NCBI GenBank assembly: GCA_963751725.1 | Contig: CAVVVQ010000022.1 | Coordinates: 99,344-163,343 of the forward strand | Direction: 5' to 3' | Length of the DNA stretch: 64,000 nt | From: an uncultured Verrucomicrobiae bacterium | GTDB lineage: Bacteria > Verrucomicrobiota > Verrucomicrobiia > Chthoniobacterales > UBA10450 | In this document: piece after piece, positions 1-13,147 of the stretch | Numbering within the stretch: position 1 is the first letter of the stretch | How the letters are laid out: each line of letters opens with the position of its first letter | Notes under the pieces: model-generated | The model's input: only the letters and a program-made list of their open reading frames with translations | The model's database searches: none | What the model was told of the DNA's origin: nothing | Translations under genes and position numbers: made by a program

Positions 1-237
1 GCAACACTCCCCAAATCCGACGACAGATCCGCCATCTGGGTGGTGAGCAGACTAACGAAACCATTGTAACGCGCGTCGCCGGCAATTTCTCGAGCGGAAA
101 CTCTGCATTACGGAAATGTTCGTGGCCACGAATCGATAGATCGCGACCGCAATCATGCTGAGGATCGCAACTGCGAGCATGATTTCGAGCAGGGTAAACC
201 CGCCTTTCCTTCGACGCCTAGGTCTGGCGGTAAACAT
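1..237 (-). CDS. Minor pseudopilin (GspJ/PulJ-like) with prepilin N-terminal methylation motif. Partial: it runs off the left edge. Frame change near nt ~100.
   Basis: ORF 52..312(-). From the Met at 237 it reads MFTARPRRRRKGGFTLLEIMLAVAILSMIAVAIY, i.e. G|FTLLE plus a hydrophobic helix. A second frame continues to nt 1 (..EIAGDARYNGFVSLLTTQMADLSSDLGSV). Confidence 0.55.
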
Positions 238-601
238 AAAATTCGACCTTTCGCATCTGCGGGATCCGATTACGCACCCATTCCACTCGCAAGGAGACAC
301 GATTAATCCCACCCATTTCCAAACCCTTGTTGTCCTTCAAGCCAGCAGGCTGAGATAATTGAACGAGCCTCACATCTCCGTACCCCGTCTTGATTACTGT
401 TTCTTTGTGCTCATCCGGGAAACCAGGTGTCGCTTGAATTTCTGCCATCCGATTCGCCAAAATCTGGCGAACCCGATCATCTTCGGAAGCGAGCGAACTC
501 GCATTGATACAATTCTGAACCGATCGGCCGAGCATGAGCACGCCAATAAGAAAAACCGACATGCCGAGGAGAACCTCGTAAAGCGCAAATCCCCGTTTCA
601 T
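218..601 (-). CDS. Minor pseudopilin (GspI-like), type II secretion / type IV pilus family
   Basis: ORF 218..676(-). The internal Met at 601 gives MKRGFALYEVLLGMSVFLIGVLML, a prepilin cleavage/methylation motif. It is small (about 127 aa) and overlaps the next pseudopilin by 20 nt. Confidence 0.6.
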   Translation of the reverse strand: MKRGFALYEVLLGMSVFLIGVLMLGRSVQNCINASSLASEDDRVRQILANRMAEIQATPGFPDEHKETVIKTGYGDVRLVQLSQPAGLKDNKGLEMGGINRVSLRVEWVRNRIPQMRKVEFYVYRQT

Positions 602-605
602 ACGA

Positions 606-1079
606 TTAGCGCACAGCATACTTGACGATCTCCGCCCTAGCGGTGAGAGCAGAATACTTAGCCACCCACGCGCCATCGTTGCTCTGATAAGATACTACAG
701 CCGGTTCACAAGTTCCGGTTGACCAGAAAACCCAGGCCGCCGGCGGTTCTTCTTCGATAGAAGCAGGAAAAGCAAGGCCGTAGGATTCTCCTTTCTTCCA
801 CGGCAGCGTGGCGATCGGTGCGCGGTTCTCCCCCCTCATCAATCCTTCTGCGCGAACGGCAAATTGTTTGTCGCGCATCACAATGAGATATGACCGATGT
901 TCGGTAATACTTTTCTGCTGAGCTAGGCGGACGAGGCTGTTCACATTATCAAGCGATCGGCGCAACCGTTTGTCGGCCAGGACACCCTGCAAACTGGGCA
1001 CGGCCAGGGTAAAAACCATTAGCAAGATGACGACCGCAATCGCCATCTCGATTAGGGTAAAACCGTTTTGCCGTCGCAT
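606..1079 (-). CDS. Minor pseudopilin (GspH/FimT-like)
   Basis: MRRQNGFTLIEMAIAVVILLMVFTLAVPSL is a canonical prepilin N-terminal methylation domain. At 157 aa it is the first gene of a three-gene pseudopilin operon on the minus strand. Confidence 0.7.
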   Translation of the reverse strand: MRRQNGFTLIEMAIAVVILLMVFTLAVPSLQGVLADKRLRRSLDNVNSLVRLAQQKSITEHRSYLIVMRDKQFAVRAEGLMRGENRAPIATLPWKKGESYGLAFPASIEEEPPAAWVFWSTGTCEPAVVSYQSNDGAWVAKYSALTARAEIVKYAVR

Positions 1080-1329
1080 GGGAATAAGTTACGCGATTAA
1101 GGGCAAATCACAACCAAGGCGAGGTGCTCAGCCGGTCGTCCGGCACTGCAACTCTCCGCTAAAAAAACGCAAATCAACGTCAGCGCGGTTGTGTCCGCCG
1201 TGATAATTTCTTCATGTGAAAGGATTAAACCGGTGGCAGAGGGTTGCCCGGGGCTACGTGGGGTAATATGACAAACAAACCGCGCGGTCGTTCAATGCTA
1301 CTCACCGCGCTCTGCGTGGCAGCCGCAGC

Positions 1330-2287
1330 GTGGTCGCCATAATGATCTGGCAGGGGGTAACGGAGCAGGGTGCGCCCGATCCGTTGCGGCCCAACACCAG
1401 CCCAACGGTCGCGTTCCTCGACATTGGGGTTCTTGTCTTTCGCGAAGGTCTCGAGTGTATCCTTGTCCTGGCTGCAGTCACCGCCAGCATGGTCGGCCCT
1501 CGACAGGGCACATCGCCGCCCGGTCGCGATCGGCGCTGGATTTGCCTTTGCCGCTACCTCGTCACCTGGCTGATCGCCGTGCGAATCGTCAGCTCGCTAT
1601 CGGACAATATTCCCGCGCTCGACCTTCAAGCGGCCACTGGCCTGCTCGCGATCATTGTTTTGCTCGTCATCATGAATTGGTTTTTTCACAAGATCTATTG
1701 GGGCGGCTGGATCCGGGCTCACAATCGCCGCAGAAAATCGCTTTTAGCTGACGGCGACGGAGTTGCATCGGCCGGGGCTTTGGTGGGGGCTGGTTCTTCT
1801 CGGGTTTACCTCACTTTACCGCGAGGGTTTTGAAGTGGTTCTCTTTTTGCAAAGCTATAACTTACGGTTGGGCGGCGCCGTTGTGTTGAAGGGGGCGCTG
1901 CTTGGGTCTTTCTCTTTCCGCAATGGTGGCGGTGTCTGACGTTCGTTCTGCAGCAACGCCTTCCGTATCGAAAGATGCTGATCACGACCGGCGTGCATGC
2001 TCGGGGTGGTCTTGCTGGTAATGGTCGGCGAGCAAGCGCAGGAGATGCAATTGGCGCATTGGATTTCGCGCACGGAGATTCCATGGTTGGTCGATACGAT
2101 TCCCGCTTGGATGGGAATGTGGTTCGCCGTTTTCCCGACCTACGAAACATTCATCGCTCAGGCACTCGCTGGCGTTCTGGTCGTTGGCTCCTACTTCGCC
2201 GCCCGCCGCGTCCGTCATGACCCAGTCGTGGAATTGGCGGAGGACGTGAAGACGGCTGTTCCACGACACGCTGAAGTCCTTTCCTGA
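1330..2287 (+). CDS. FTR1/EfeU-family high-affinity iron permease, split over at least 3 frames
   Basis: The REGLE motif (FREGLECILVLAAV) lies at 1441-1455. A second REGFE (YREGFEVVLFLQ) lies at 1820-1834 in another frame. The C-terminal TM helices are in ORF 1997..2287. Two REGxE motifs are the FTR1 signature. Confidence 0.6.
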
Positions 2288-2291
2288 CGTC

Positions 2292-2403
2292 TGTTGTAGC
2301 GGCGCTTCTGTGAAGCGCTCGGGGGTTGAGTTCGGTCGGTCTTACGCGGCCAATCTGTCGGTCACATCGATATCGGGGCGCTTCACAGAAGCGCCTCTAC
2401 AAC
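2292..2403. repeat. REP/MITE-like element, family A (two inverted hairpin units around a ~55-bp spacer)
   Basis: Left arm tgttgtagcggcgcttctgtgaagcgc (2292-2318). Right arm ggggcgcttcacagaagcgcctctacaac (2375-2403). Each arm holds the palindrome GGCGCTTC-N3/4-GAAGCGCC. It starts 5 nt after the FTR1 stop. Confidence 0.85.
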
Positions 2404-2450
2404 TGCGTCGTCCGACGTCGAGTCTACCCCATTCGTAGGACAGCTAGGGC

Positions 2451-3622
2451 ATGATCCTAGCTTTCCCGAACCCAATGGATCGCGAAGCTCTCGACGCATT
2501 GCTCACCGGCATGCTGAAAAGCGTCGAAGGACGTCTCGGACTTCCTTTTTATTTCGGGCAAAGCCGCCGCTGGTCGAAATCCATGGACGACTCCGACCAG
2601 TCTCGGTCGAAGGCTGGGTTCTGTCCTTTCGCCTTCGCACAATCGAAGCAAATCGCCGAACGTAATCATCAACGGAAACGAACGCCTCAAGGCCGATTTG
2701 ACGGACCGGTTCCTGTGATTGCAGTTACGCGATCGAAAATCTCGCCCGGTTTCGCGTCAACATTTTCAAGCAGAATGGCAAACACGCCATCGTAATGCGA
2801 AAGCTGCAGTCGGAGATCCCGACTCTCGAAAAGCTTGGACTCCCGCCGGTATTTCGCGAAATCGTCAAGGAACAAAATGGAATCATTCTCGTTACCGGCG
2901 GAACAGGAACGGGCAAGACGACGACCCTGGCCGCGATGCTGAATGAGCTGAACCAGAACCAGGAAATCCACATCGTAACGCTGGAAGATCCGATCGAATT
3001 CTTTCATTCCCACAGCAAAGCCGCCATCAGTCAACGGGAACTCGGCAAGGATTTCCCGAATTTCGCGGATGGATTGCGCGCTGCTTTACGCCAGGCGCCA
3101 AAAGCAATTCTGGTGGGCGAAATTCGTGACCGGGAAACGTTGGAGATCGCCATGACCGCATCTGAAACTGGTCACGTCGTTTTCAGCACGCTGCACACGA
3201 TCAACGCCGGACAAACAATCAACCGGATCCTCGGGATGTTCGCGCGCGAGGAAGAACAACAGATTCGCCAACGGCTTTCCGAAACACTTCGTTACGTCGT
3301 TAGCCAGACGATTGGTGACCAAGATCGGCGGCGGCCGATTGCTCGTCACCGAAATCATGGGGAACAGTCTGCGAACACGGGAAACGATTGTCTACGGCGA
3401 ATCCGAGAACAAATCGTTCCAGGAAATCATCGAAGCCGGGTGCACTCTTGGCTGGCACACCTTCGATCAATCGATCCTCGACGCCTACAAGGCGGGCGCA
3501 TAACGGATGAAACAGCGATGCTGACTGCCACAAACAAAGGCAAAGTGCGGCGTGAACTGGACCTGATGCAAAGAAACGCAGGCGTCATTAAGACGCGCAG
3601 GCTCCGTCTGGCCTCAAGTTGA
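2451..3622 (+). CDS. pilT: PilT/PilU-family type IV pilus retraction ATPase, readable only with at least 4 frame switches
   Basis: ORF 2795..3622 carries Walker A VTGGTGTGKTTT, ILVGEIRD and SETGHVVFSTLHT. The N-terminal PilT motifs DVSDFLFISGK, PPLVEIHGRLRPV and RFRVNIFKQNGKHAIVMR sit in different frames between 2451 and 2795. The C-terminal part hops to ORF 3312..3503 and back. Confidence 0.8.
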
Positions 3623-3727
3623 ATATCCCGGAACCAATCCGGATCCCCGACGAGGACACAATTCCGATCATCCCTCCGCCGATCCCCGGGACGTAGATCG
3701 CGTCTAGCGTCGAAATCAGATGAGCAC

Positions 3728-3847
3728 TGTTGTAGCTGGCGCTTCTGCGAAGCGCCTTGGCTATCGTCGTTGACCTCGGCGAAATCGTCCACTCTCGACA
3801 GATTCGAAGCCGCCTCTCTGGGCGCTTCGCAGAAGCAGCCCCTACAG
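3728..3847. repeat. REP/MITE-like element, family A (opposite orientation)
   Basis: Arms are tgttgtagctggcgcttctgcgaagcgcc (3728-3756) and gggcgcttcgcagaagcagcccctacag (3820-3847). The reverse-complemented spacer contains aatctgtcgagagtggacgat, similar to aatctgtcggtcacatcgat in copy 1. It ends 16 nt from the DoxX stop. Confidence 0.8.
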
Positions 3848-3862
3848 ACTGGTCTCGCGACC

Positions 3863-4267
3863 TTATGTCTTATCGACGCTGTATTTGCCTGGGCCAACAA
3901 AGAGAATTCCGAGCCAGAACAAAGCACATTTCAATCGAAGGCAAGCGCGACGCGAAAACCCGAGTCCCTTGTAGACGGCGATCGCATGACCAATGGCGAG
4001 GACAAGAACGAGCAGAACACCAACCCGAAAGAAAAGGCCGAAGATCATCAGCACGCCGCCAAGGCAGCCCAGAAGCGACCCGAGAAATCCCCAGATTTGA
4101 AGATGGGAATGCAAACCAAAATGACCCGCACCTGCCCCAAAATGCGCCCACGCTTTCGGCCCACCGATCAATGTTGGAGCGGCATAGAGAATGAAAAGCA
4201 GTCCAATACTGACTCGAATCAGAAGTAGACCGGCTTCACGATATTTCGCCAGAAAGGCCAGACGCAT
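3863..4267 (-). CDS. DoxX-family small membrane protein
   Basis: 134-aa ORF with four hydrophobic segments and a DoxX-like N-terminus (AGLLLIRVSIGLLFILYAAPTLIGG). Intact. Confidence 0.55.
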   Translation of the reverse strand: MRLAFLAKYREAGLLLIRVSIGLLFILYAAPTLIGGPKAWAHFGAGAGHFGLHSHLQIWGFLGSLLGCLGGVLMIFGLFFRVGVLLVLVLAIGHAIAVYKGLGFSRRACLRLKCALFWLGILFVGPGKYSVDKT

Positions 4268-4296
4268 GGCGCGAAATTGAACAGCACCGAACGCAA

Positions 4297-5013
4297 ATGC
4301 AATCCAACATTACCAAAGCAGTCCTTCTCGCCGCCGGCCGCGGGACGCGCATGCGGGAACTCACCCAGGAACTTCCCAAGCCGATGCTCGAAGTCCGAGG
4401 GAAACCAGTCTTGCAGCACATCGTGGAAGGATTGCGTGACGCGGCGTCACGGATTTCTTGTCATCGTTGGATGGCGCGCCGAGGTCGTTCGAGATTTCTT
4501 CCAGGACGGTTCCAAGCTGGACGTGCGCATGGAATACGCCACTCAGGTGGTCCAGGATGGCACAGGAAAAGTGGTCGAACTCGCACGCGACTTTGTTGGG
4601 GCGATCCATTCCTCCTGAGCTACGGCGACATTCTGGTCGCGCCGGAAAATTATCCGCGCATTTGCGACACGCTTGGCTGGAGCCGAAGCTGTCGTGAGCG
4701 TAAAGCGAAACGAAGATGTGAGCCAGGGCGGAGCGGTTTTTGTGAATGAGAAATTCGAAGCTGATCGATCTTACGCGAAAAACCAAAGCCGGGCGAACCG
4801 ACCAGTCCGTGGTACAACGCCGGGATCTACGCTTTCCGTCCGAGCATCTTCGATTACATCGCGAAACTGGAACGCTCTCCCCGCGGCGAATTCGAACTAA
4901 CCGACGCGATTCGGAACCTGGCGCTGGCCGGAAACAAAGTGCAGGCGCTCGAGTTAACTGGCGACTGGGCCGATGTCCGCGACCCGGAAATTCTCGCGCA
5001 ACTGAATCGCTAG
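4297..5013 (+). CDS. Sugar-phosphate nucleotidyltransferase (NTP_transferase fold), multiple frame switches
   Basis: The N-terminus KAVLLAAGRGTRMRELTQELPKPML is the G-x-G-T-R-x nucleotidyltransferase signature. Later segments lie in other frames (VTDFLVIVGWRAEVVRDFF.., DPFLLSYGDILV.., WYNAGIYAFRPSIFDYI..ELTDAIRNLA). Stop tag at 5011-5013. Confidence 0.65.
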
Positions 5014-5023
5014 ATCGCAGCAA

Positions 5024-5937
5024 TCAGGTCTCGTTAGACGCGTCGAACGCGTTCGACGCTACCTCGCGATCCGCAATCGCGCGATCCGAGATCGCCCTAC
5101 GGATGTTCCGGCGTTTCTCTCCGGCCGTCTCTTCTCCCGGCGTTTCTTCGCCGATTTCTTCCTCGATCTCGCGCCGCCGTCGCGGTGAAAGGAAGGGCCG
5201 AAGAAATCCGTAGAGCAGATAGGCCAGGAAAACGATCGCCGCCATCCATTGATAGAACTTCACGGTCACGGCGATCAGCGCGATCAGGAACAAGAAAACG
5301 CGGGGTCGTTTGTGTCGTCCGCCAGTTGATCGCTTTGAAACTTGGATAGCGAAACTTGCTGAACATCATGAACGACAGAAAGAGCATCAAAGACGGCAGG
5401 ACATATTTCCATTTCCCAATCGTCCGCTGCCCTTCATCAAGCCAGAGCAGAAACAATGTGATCGACGCAATCACACCGGCCGCGGCCGTGATCGGAAACC
5501 CGGTAAAATTCTTGTCCGCCGCCGGCCGACTCGCCATTCGGCCGCGATGCAGTTGAAGCGCGCCAGACGCAGCGTTCCGCAGGCCAGATAAACAAACGCG
5601 ATCATCCAGCCGACGTTTTGGAATTCGCCCAGCACGATTTGATAAACGAGCAGCGCCGGCGCCATCCCAAATGAAACAACGTCCGCCAACGAATCGAACT
5701 CGCGCCCAAATGCACTGTCATGTCCGCCCAGACGCGCAAGCCGGCCATCGAGCAAATCGAAAATGCACGCCGCGAGAATGAACCAGATCGCGTCGTGAAA
5801 TTTCATCGCCGCGACGCTGTAGTTCGTCTTCCTGCGCCCCGTCGTAAATGCACAGGACGGCAGCGAACCCGCAAAACAGATTGCCCGCCGTCATTAGATT
5901 CGGCAGGAGATAAATCTTGGGATTCGGCTTGGCTCAT
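5024..5937 (-). CDS. pssA: CDP-diacylglycerol--serine O-phosphatidyltransferase, frameshifted
   Basis: The CDP-alcohol phosphatidyltransferase motif DLLDGRLARLGGHDSAFGREFDSLAD lies in ORF 5471..5806. The N-terminus PKIYLLPNLMTAGNLFCGF is readable after the ATG at 5937. The C-terminus lies in ORFs 5097..5537 and 5024..5293. Confidence 0.7.
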
Positions 5938-6575
5938 TTTCTCGCAAGTCGCGCAATCATAGCTCGAACCGCCGCACACCCGATCCCCCACCTTCACCAG
6001 AACGACGGCATCGAGCGGTAAATATACTTCTGTTCGCGACCCGAAGCGAATCATCCCGAAGCGCTCCCCTTTCTTCAAGTTCGATCCCCCACCTTCGACC
6101 AACCAACAATCCTTCGCGCGATCATGCCGGTCAGTTGGCGAACAACGAAGATGCCCCGCGGATTCTCGAAGGCCCAGGTCATCGCTCGGTTTTTTGTGCG
6201 TGCATTCGAGATGCCGCGCATCGAGACAAAGGCCTTCGTGACTCTTCCGATAGATGATGCGGCCATCCATTGGAGCGCGGTTAGTGTGCACATCGAAGAC
6301 GGAAAGAAAAATCCCAACACGCCGCGTGCGTGCATTGAGCACTTCGGTTTCGTCGATCTCGACAATGTCCGCGACGGTCCCATCAGCCGCAGCCAAAACC
6401 GCATCGGGGTCCGCAGGCGCAACTCGTTCCGGATCGCGGAAAAACGAAATCGTGTAAACGAAGAGACAGCAAAATCAGCAGAAGAAGCCAGAGCGAAATG
6501 AAGCCAGCTAGCGACTCCGAGAAGCACCAGCACGGCAAAGATCCATCGGGCTTCGTAGAGGGTTTGAAATCGCAT
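5934..6575 (-). CDS. psd: Phosphatidylserine decarboxylase (short, membrane-anchored type), frameshifted
   Basis: MRFQTLYEARWIFAVLVLLG is the N-terminal anchor. Other segments are ADGTVADIVEIDE..VGIFLSVFDVHTNRAPMDGRI.. and KGERFGMIRFGSRTEVYLP. The stop TGA overlaps the pssA ATG (tcat at 5934-5937, i.e. ATGA on the minus strand). Confidence 0.65.
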
Positions 6576-6748
6576 GGGTGGCCGGCATTTTCGGGGCGGG
6601 CAGAGACCATGGTCAAGCCCTCACTGAGAGGCTCGGTTTTCGGAGCGTTGACTCGTAAGATATTTCGACCACAAGATGCTGTGCCCGGGGCCGGCGCAAG
6701 CCCCAATTTGTAGCGGAAAAAGTCTGTTTTAGCACACCAAGATATTAG

Positions 6749-9377
<2,629 letters not shown>

Positions 9378-9563
9378 GGTCGCACAGTTAACGAATTCAC
9401 GCAGTCGGACGACAGTTTCTCGCTGACAGAGAGGTCATCGGACAGGAAGAGTTGCCAGGTCGTGACCGAATTTCTGCGTCCAGGTCTAAGATGTGCATCG
9501 CCTCCGTATCCTCTTGGGTCAAGTTCGTACCATTCGACTCCTTAATTAACCTGAATCTTCAAG

Positions 9564-12165
9564 ATGTATAACCCGAACGAAAAAACAGAACTGATCAACG
9601 TCGCCGAAGAAGTGTCGAGGTCGTTTCTCGATTACTCGATGTCGGTCATCATTTCGCGCGCGTTGCCGGATGCGCGGGATGGGCTGAAGCCTTCGCAACG
9701 CCGCATCCTTTATGCGATGCACGATCTCTCGCTCTTCCCCAACCGGCAGCATCGGAAATGCGCGAAGATTTGCGGCGACACGAGCGGTAACTATCACCCG
9801 CACGGTGAAGCGGTGATTTACCCCACCCTCGTCCACATGGCCCAAGGCTGGGCGATGCGCGAAACGCTGGTCGATGGCCAGGGAAACTTCGGTTCGGTCG
9901 AAGGCGATCCGCCGGCCGCCATGCGTTACACCGAGGCGCGCATGACGCATCTCGGCGCCGCGCTCATGACCGACATGGACAAGGACACGGTCGACTTTGT
10001 CCCGAACTACGACGAAACCCGCACCGAACCGACCGTTTTTCCCGCGGCCTTCCCGAATCTGCTCGTCAATGGCGGCACCGGCATCGCCGTCGGCATGGCG
10101 ACCAACATGCCGCCGCACAATCTCGGCGAAGTGATCGATGGGATTTGCGCGCAGATCGACGATCCGGACATCACGCTTGATGGCTTGATGAAGCACGTGA
10201 AGGGGCCGGATTTCCCGACCGGTTGCGCCATCCTCGGCCTCGCGGGCATCAAACAATATCTCGAGACCGGCCGCGGCAGCGATGAAAGTCCGCGGCAAAG
10301 CCGGCGTCGAAGAGCTGAAGGGCAATCGCGAGCAGATCGTCATCACCGAGATTCCGTACAACGTGAATCGCGCCACGCTGGTCGAGCGCATCGCGGAATT
10401 GGTGAACGACAAGGTGTTGACCGACATCTCGGCGATCCGGGACGAATCGGACGAAAACACGCGCGTCGTCATCGAACTGAAGCGCGATGGCAATCCGAAG
10501 ATCGTCATCAACAACCTTTACAAGCATACCGCGATGGAAAGCTCCTTCGCGGTCAACATGCTGGCGATCGATCACGGCCGTCCGAAACTGCTGCCGCTCA
10601 AGCAAGCGAATCAGGCCTACATCGATCATCGCCGCGAAGTTGTCCTGCGCCGGACCCGCTTTGAACTGCGCAAAGCCGAGGACCGCGCGGAAACGCTCGA
10701 AGGTTATCTCATCGCGCTGGCGAATCTGGATGAATTCATCCGGATCATTCGCAGTTCAGCCAACCGCGACGAAGCGCGGGTGAAATTGCTCGCGTTCGAA
10801 TTCACCCGGAAACAGGTCGAGAAGATCGGGATCCTGATCCGGAACGAAGCCCGCCTGGTCGATGGTCGTTATGCCTTCAGCGAACATCAGGCGAATCAGA
10901 TTCTCGATCTCCGCCTTTATCAGCTGACCGGTCTCGAACGCGAAAAGATCACGGGCGAATACCAGGAGTTGATCGATACGATCCAGGACCTGCGCGACAT
11001 TCTGGCCAAGGAATCGCGCGTCTTTCAGATCATCAAGAAAGAGCTGCGCGACATTCGCGACAAGCACGGCAGCCCCCGCCTGACGCAGCTGGTTCCGGAC
11101 GAGGGCGAGATCAACATGGAGGATCTCATCGCCAACGAAGGCTGCATCATCAGCATCACCCACGGCGGTTTCATCAAGCGCACCGCCGTCAGTGCGTTTC
11201 GAGCCCAACGGCGCGGCGGCAAGGGCGTGATCGGGATGACGACACGCGAAGGAGCGACCGAGGAAGAAGAAGGCGATTTCATCGAGCATCTCTTCACCGC
11301 CACGACGCACGATTACCTGATGTTTTTCACGGCGTCCGGACGCGCCTACGTCGAAAAGGTTTATCGAAATTCCGGAAATGGGCCGCGCGGCCAAAGGCCG
11401 TTCCATCGCCAATTTGCTCGAACTGCGCGCCGACGAGAAAATCGCCGCGACGATTCGAGTTCAGTCCAAGAAATCGGGGACCGGGGCGAATACCGTGGAT
11501 GAAACCTGGGACGAAAACTTTCACATCGTTTTCGCCACGCGATCCGGGATCGTGAAGAAATCGAATCTCTCGGATTACAGCAATGTCCGCAAAGGCGGCA
11601 TCATCGCCATCCAGATCGAAAAGGACGATTGCCTGATCGACGCGAAACTAACGAATGGCGACAACGAGATCGTGCTCATCACCAAAGAAGGCATGAGCCT
11701 GCGTTTTCATGAGGAGCAATTGCGCGATCAGGGACGCAACACGGTTGGCGTCTGGGGGATTCGTCCGGAGAAAGGCGACCTGGTCGTGGCGATCGCGATC
11801 GTGAATCCAGAACGCCATGCTTCTGGTCGCGGGCGAAAACGGCATCGGAAAACGAACACCATTTGACGACTACCGGCGCCAGTCACGCGGCGGCAAAGGC
11901 ATCATCACGATGAAGACCGGCGAAAAGACTGGCAACGTCGTTGGCGCGCTTACCGTCACGGAGACATGACGAGTTGATGTTGATCACGACCAAGGGCCAG
12001 ATGGTCCGAACGCGCGTGAAAGAAATTCGCGCAGTCGGGCGAAACACGATGGGCGTGAAATTGATGGACCTGCGAGGCGCGGAGAAACTGCAGGCGATCG
12101 CGCCGGTCGTGAGCCAGGAGAGCGCGGAAGTGGCCTCTGAGTCCGAGGCGAGTTCGACAGAGTAG
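9564..12165 (+). CDS. gyrA: DNA gyrase subunit A, four frame switches (~10270, ~11365, ~11825, ~11965)
   Basis: Motifs found: [60 protein letters not shown], and C-terminal beta-pinwheel repeats (GGKGV.., GRAAKGR.., GGKGII.., [10 protein letters not shown]). Confidence 0.9.
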
Positions 12166-12178
12166 CGTGATTCATTCT

Positions 12179-12290
12179 CTGTTGTAGTGGCGCTTCTGCG
12201 AAGCGCCTGGGAGTTAACTTCAATCGATCTTAAGCGCGGATCTGTCGGTCACGTCCATATCAGGGCGCTTCACAGAAGCGCCACTACAAC
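12179..12290. repeat. REP/MITE-like element, family A
   Basis: Arms are ctgttgtagtggcgcttctgcgaagcgcc (12179-12207) and gggcgcttcacagaagcgccactacaac (12263-12290). The spacer shares ctgtcggtcacNtcNatatc with copy 1. It starts 14 nt after the gyrA stop. Confidence 0.85.
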
Positions 12291-12425
12291 ACGACCCGTA
12301 ACGCGGTCGCCACCTCGCATTCATAATCTTGACGTTGAGCGTTTTCGAAGGATTTGCCATAACGATACTGGGGCACGCCACTTTCGTGGGTGCCCCATCT
12401 TCGCGTCTCCTCAGGCAAATCTTGT

Positions 12426-12608
12426 TTAATACCCGGTGCCGCGGGTCGTTGTTTGTTCCGTCACCGTTGCAGTCGGATGCCTGACCGTTTCATGCGTCGT
12501 CGTCGTTGTCGTCGTCGTTGGGGTCGGCTTTTCGACCACGGTCGTACAGGAGGTCAAAAACATGCCCACAGCCGCCAGGAACGGAGTAAGAATGATAAGT
12601 CTTTTCAT
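12426..12608 (-). CDS. Small Thr-rich putative lipoprotein (60 aa)
   Basis: MKRLIILTPFLAAVGMFLTSC is a signal peptide with a lipobox-like LTSC. It is followed by PTPTTTTTTTTHETV, encoded by a CGT/ACG triplet run. Confidence 0.4.
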   Translation of the reverse strand: MKRLIILTPFLAAVGMFLTSCTTVVEKPTPTTTTTTTTHETVRHPTATVTEQTTTRGTGY

Positions 12609-12743
12609 AATGTAAATTAAGTTTCTCTTCCACAGGACAATTCGGTGCAGATGCCTCGAATAGACGTATTTCGAACGAGAATTTTTTTAAAGAACGTGAC
12701 CGATTGTCACATCCAAAACGCCGACCAAAGCCGACGGCAGCCG

Positions 12744-13133
12744 TTACTCGTCCACGCGTGTCCGCAGCTTTTTAATCTCCGCTCGCCGCCGTTTTCCTTC
12801 CAAAATTTTCCGCTTCAACGCGCGTGGGCGCGGCGCATTTTGACGCCGTTTCTTTTCACGACGTGAAACTTCTTCTTCTAGTTTTCGTTTACGCTCCCTC
12901 GCAATCAGGCCGAGCAACCGTTCCCTCGCGAGTTTTCGGTTAGCCGATTGGGATCGCGAGTCCTGAACCGTGACGCGTAATTTGGTCGGCAAATGGCAAA
13001 GCGTCACAGCAGTCGAAACTTTGTTAACATTTTGGCCACCAGGCCCGCCAGAGCGCGCAAAGGTTTCTTCGAAATCCGATTCAACCATCCCGAGCGCCTT
13101 CAGGCGCTGCTCGAAAGAGTCACTTGCCGACAT
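12744..13133 (-). CDS. arfB: ArfB/ICT1-like peptidyl-tRNA hydrolase (GGQ domain with a basic tail)
   Basis: The GGQ motif sits in [16 protein letters not shown]. The protein is 129 aa with a Lys/Arg-rich C-terminal tail ([31 protein letters not shown]), the architecture of ribosome-rescue factor ArfB. Confidence 0.7.
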   Translation of the reverse strand: MSASDSFEQRLKALGMVESDFEETFARSGGPGGQNVNKVSTAVTLCHLPTKLRVTVQDSRSQSANRKLARERLLGLIARERKRKLEEEVSRREKKRRQNAPRPRALKRKILEGKRRRAEIKKLRTRVDE

Positions 13134-13147
13134 GGATCGCAGCCAAG

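Noticed and set aside
3427-3927. Minus-strand ORF of 166 aa
   Set aside because: It spans the pilT 3' end, a family-A REP element and the DoxX 3' end, so it cannot be a single real gene.
4361-5023. Minus-strand ORF of 220 aa
   Set aside because: It is antisense to the nucleotidyltransferase gene, whose motifs (GRGTRM.., YNAGIYAF..) are clear on the plus strand.
9546-11412. Minus-strand ORFs 9546..10514 (322 aa), 10249..10629 and 10756..11412 (218 aa)
   Set aside because: They are antisense to gyrA and have Arg/Asp/Val-rich shadow-frame composition.
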